Part shown: one piece after another, positions 60,525 to 64,000 of the stretch | Layout of the letters: every line of letters starts with the position of its first letter | Numbering within the stretch: the first letter of the stretch is position 1 | Source of the DNA: Epithemia pelagica | Taxonomy: Eukaryota > Protista > Bacillariophyta | Direction of reading: 5' to 3' | Assembly (NCBI GenBank): GCA_946965045.2 | Contig: OX337230.1 | Span: 3,658,001-3,722,000, forward strand | Length of the DNA: 64,000 nt | Position numbers and translations under genes: made by a program | The notes under the pieces: generated by a model | Database searches by the model: none | The model's input: only the letters and a program-made list of their open reading frames with translations | What the model was told of the DNA's origin: nothing

Positions 60525-62855
60525 GGTGGCTCCTGAGTAGTAGAATCTCTCTCACTGGGAACACCCTGCAACGTGTGTGAGGGACAAGCTCCCCTTCGAA
60601 GTTGACTTGAGGAAGCAACAGCAGATTGAAGATTGTGATGTTTCCATTGCTACCCTTGCTATCCCAATACATCATTCATCAGTACTCCTAGCAATGCTCT
60701 AGATAGAGTAGGATTGCTATGCCATGTACCATCTTCGGTTGAAAGCGATTCAAATCTTTTGTCCATTGCGCCTCTGTTGTGCCATCGTTGAGATCCACCC
60801 CCAAGAACCGAATCGAAACAGCAACAGCAGCAGCAACAACAACAACTTGTGGTCGACGAGAGAACGTTGCTTTCGATTGGTTTCATTTCTCTATTCCCAC
60901 CGCCAGGCGTTCCGTTCCTGTGGAAACCCATTAGTGCAATGGATCTAGCTAGCCTCTCGCAGTTCGAATGTGCAATGAACCAAGTCAAAGATATGTTTAC
61001 AAAATGTGGACGAGACGTGTCTACCTAAAAGCTTAGGAAGGGGAAAACGATGATGGCTCTACCAAATAATGCTCATTCGCAACAACATTCTAGGATCCTG
61101 ATTTGGACCCACGACGACATTTTTCCACCAAACACGTGCATGCCGGTCCTATCGGTAGTTCTTCCATGCGATACAATACCCGGTGGAGTCATCTTCATTT
61201 GGTTGAGAGAAGTGAGATCTGGACCAAATCCACCAGGTGTGGAAAATGGCCAAAGTAGTAGTACCAAGCCGAGAACAAAATCGAGACTCGAATCTTGGTC
61301 GGCGATTGGGTCATGGACGACATCTTTGGCAAGCTGCTGGTTCAAACCCTCCATACAAAGAACAATCCGTTCCTTCGGTTCGAGCAGCATCTACCTATAC
61401 CACCACATACGCGCGTCCGTTCGAACTCGAATGGTACGGTGCCGCATCCTCCTCCCTCGTGACGACCAGCACAGCCTGTCCTATTCTAACATCGTGTGGC
61501 TACCATTCGTTGGAATCGGCACCGTTCTTGTCCAGGTGACACGACTCCCCCTGTTGTGGAACCAACTTTCTACATGACTTGGAAAAAACGTTGGAAACGA
61601 CCCAGAATGACTTGGAGGCCCCTTCAGGAGCCTCTCGATCATCTCAAGGGGCCTTCAAATCATTCTGGATGGGATACAACGCTTTTTCCACGTCTTGCAC
61701 AGGAACCGGTTTCGCAGGCTCATTCCCCATTGGGTGCGGTGTTCTGGTTCTGTTGGCCGGGTGTTCCTGCGGCGGGTGATTGATTGCTTTAACGATACAT
61801 CTATTTCCCTTGTTTTCTTCTTCGTATCCTCTCTTCGAACCTTCCCGGTCCCTGTTGTGGCCACAGTCAGTGACTCTTTGTGTTGATATCCACGAATTTC
61901 CAAACTCCAAACTCAGGACGGTACGTGGGCGTCACCCTTGATTTCAAACCCAAGTTCAACCTGCCTCGATCACTTGTTGCGAATGATTCTGAAGAACACT
62001 CCTATCCTTCGGTTCGAACTAGATACCAACCGACATGCGCGCGCGGCCAAACTCCAATACCTAGTACGTGGTGTTGCCGCATCCTCCCTCGTGACGACCA
62101 GCACAACCTGTCCCATCAACGCCGTGTTGCCGCCATTTTTGGAATCGGCACGGTTGTGGTCCTGGTGACACACGAGTCCCACTATTTGGGACCCAACCAT
62201 CAGGATGGCCCTTTGTGCAAGACTTGGAAAAAGCGCCAAAACCCATCAAGGATGACTTGAACAATGGCAACAGCAACGACGAAGATGACGGAAACGCTCA
62301 GGCAGCCTTTGTGACAGTTCCCTGAGTGATGATATCCGAAAATTTGCTGTTTACAACATTGTCATGGGATTATTCGAACTTGTTGTTGTTTGGGTAATTG
62401 GAGTTGAAGTCTTCTCACCAGACTGGCCGCATCGATGTGGGCTCTTTCTGGCAGGTGTAGTACTTTCATTCCGTGTGCCAATGGTCTTCCTTCCAAGTGA
62501 CTATTTTATGGTAGGATTTCGCTTGACCGACGGAACTGGCATCACACCGGTCTGAATGATCTTGTTTGCTTTCTACACAGCCTCCTGTTCCAAACGAGAG
62601 GAAGAGACTTCCGACTGGGATGACGTTGAGTCACTGGTAGAAGAATCCTCAGGCTCCCTGCTCGCCCGACGAATTTTGTGCCGCAAGGCTTTTATCCCTT
62701 TCTCTACTTTTTCCCCGTCTTGATTATCCTTGCTCGTCAAAAAGGTTGCTTCTTCAAGGTACCTTTCGAGCACAAACATTACCTTTTTGAGATGTTTTTC
62801 TGCTTTGCGTTCTACTTCGTTTCCGTCTGCATCAATCTCGGTAAGGCCTGGTAGT

Positions 62856-62944
62856 ACGTCATCAATGTCTGAAGTATTTTCCATGATCGGCCGGAAACCA
62901 TTGTTTTCACCGATCATGGAAAATACTGTAGACCTTGAAGACGT
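62856..62944. repeat. Foldback hairpin: 35-bp arms (18-bp perfect inner stem, 4 mismatches), 19-nt spacer
   Basis: AGTATTTTCCATGATCGG (62873-62890) and CCGATCATGGAAAATACT (62910-62927). Confidence 0.9.
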
Positions 62945-64000
62945 TTTATCGGTTCCGCCGGCTGGTAGACATTGGGTCTTTCCTAGAATTTTTTTTCATC
63001 TCTCTTTCGCTTCTTGGAGGATGTAGATTCGTTGGTATTCGCACCCCTGCTATTTTTTGTCGCTTCGGTGTGGTTCAAACCAGAGGAAAATGAGTTGGTG
63101 AGGTACGTTCAGAGTCTTCTCCATGACTTCACCCAGGACATACCAAATATTCTTTTTCATTGCCCACAGCTTTTCTTTTTTATCCCGCAATTGGTCTCTT
63201 TTCTGCAACATTTGGTTTTATTTTGCCAACGCCAAAACAATAACAGTGACGGGATAGGTGATGAATTAATTAAAGGTTTGATGGCCAGCAAACCTTTTTT
63301 CAATTGATCACTGATCCCGCCACTGTTGTCGTCGTCGCCGCTGGCGTTGAAAATCAGTCGGGCACGGTCATGGAATCTTCTGTGGTCGCCCAATTATGGT
63401 ATTGGTATCCTCTCCCTCCAGATTGATTTCCCCACCCGGCCAAATCTTTCTCCCACTTTCTTTCGTGACTTGAACTCTGACGGCAGAAAATCCACGAATT
63501 TTCTGGGAGCCTTGGGTATCTTGGCATCAATACCGAAATCACGTTTCTGTCGCTCGTTCAGTTGCTCCTTCCCAGCCATTCTTCTTTGCCCTCTGCTATT
63601 TTCTCTTCATCTCTCGTATCATCTGTGTCGCCAATAGTCCATGATATCGTGGGGTAGTTAGAGCGTCCGTGGCGTGACGGATTCTCCTTGGCAACGGCAT
63701 GTTCTTTCATCGCTTCCTCTGCCGAAGGCTCCTCCTCGTCATTAGACTCTTCTTCTTACGGTCATATATGTTTCCATCGTACAAAGAGGGCAAAAGTGGC
63801 TGAGCGCTCAGCCAACCACCGTCCAATACATTTCGCGTGCAAGGCGTGCAGCTCCAAGACACGAATGCGGTCCCCCGCTTTGTTGTTATCCAGACATAAT
63901 GAGCACATTGACAATTCCAAAGGTTGAGGCACCATCCATCATTGCGTGAACCACTGAAAATGAGGAAGAAAGAGCAACCACACGCACCCATTCAGGCTGC

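Noticed and set aside
62570-63760. Acidic, charged minus-strand ORF fragments near the window end
   Set aside because: They look like a frameshifted relic, but no family can be assigned and no intact gene model can be built.
1-64000. Reassignment of TGA or TAG as sense codons, suggested by several in-frame stops
   Set aside because: Ordinary genes here end at TGA (5749, 25431, 54530) or TAG/TAA at sensible positions, so the standard code applies.

Overview
Eukaryotic nuclear DNA, most likely from a pennate diatom (inference): it has GT-AG introns, a bipartite plastid-targeting presequence, CoDi-type Copia elements and (GTC)n/(AAC)n microsatellites. Host genes are the 3' end of a SWIM/RING-type protein, an F-box gene with an in-frame stop, two inverted paralogues of a membrane-anchored beta-helix-like protein flanking a 3-exon plastid ClpB, a frameshifted cytochrome b5-fusion desaturase, glycerol kinase, a Kelch protein, a YHS-domain protein, a diatom-type hypothetical protein, a putative Popeye/cNMP-like protein, a restriction-endonuclease-fold plus kinase protein (Crinkler-like), an EamA/DMT transporter and a PAP/fibrillin-like gene whose segments look out of order. 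About a third of the window is three young retroelements: two Copia LTR elements (13893-20197 and 36393-44577, each with identical-looking LTR pairs) and a Ngaro/DIRS-type tyrosine-recombinase element (27398-33513). There are also several inverted-repeat (MITE-like) modules, tandem repeats and decayed duplicated fragments. The most striking signals are three. (1) Both Copia elements have non-TG...CA LTR ends, each directly followed by a primer-binding site complementary to an anticodon arm (5' half of tRNA-Ile and tRNA-Asn respectively), ending at the same tRNA position. (2) In two unrelated retroelements gag and pol are in frame and separated by a single TGA, one in the classic leaky TGA-CGG context. 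(3) The REase-kinase gene sits in a patch of duplicated relic DNA. All assignments come from motif recognition by eye; no database search was run.
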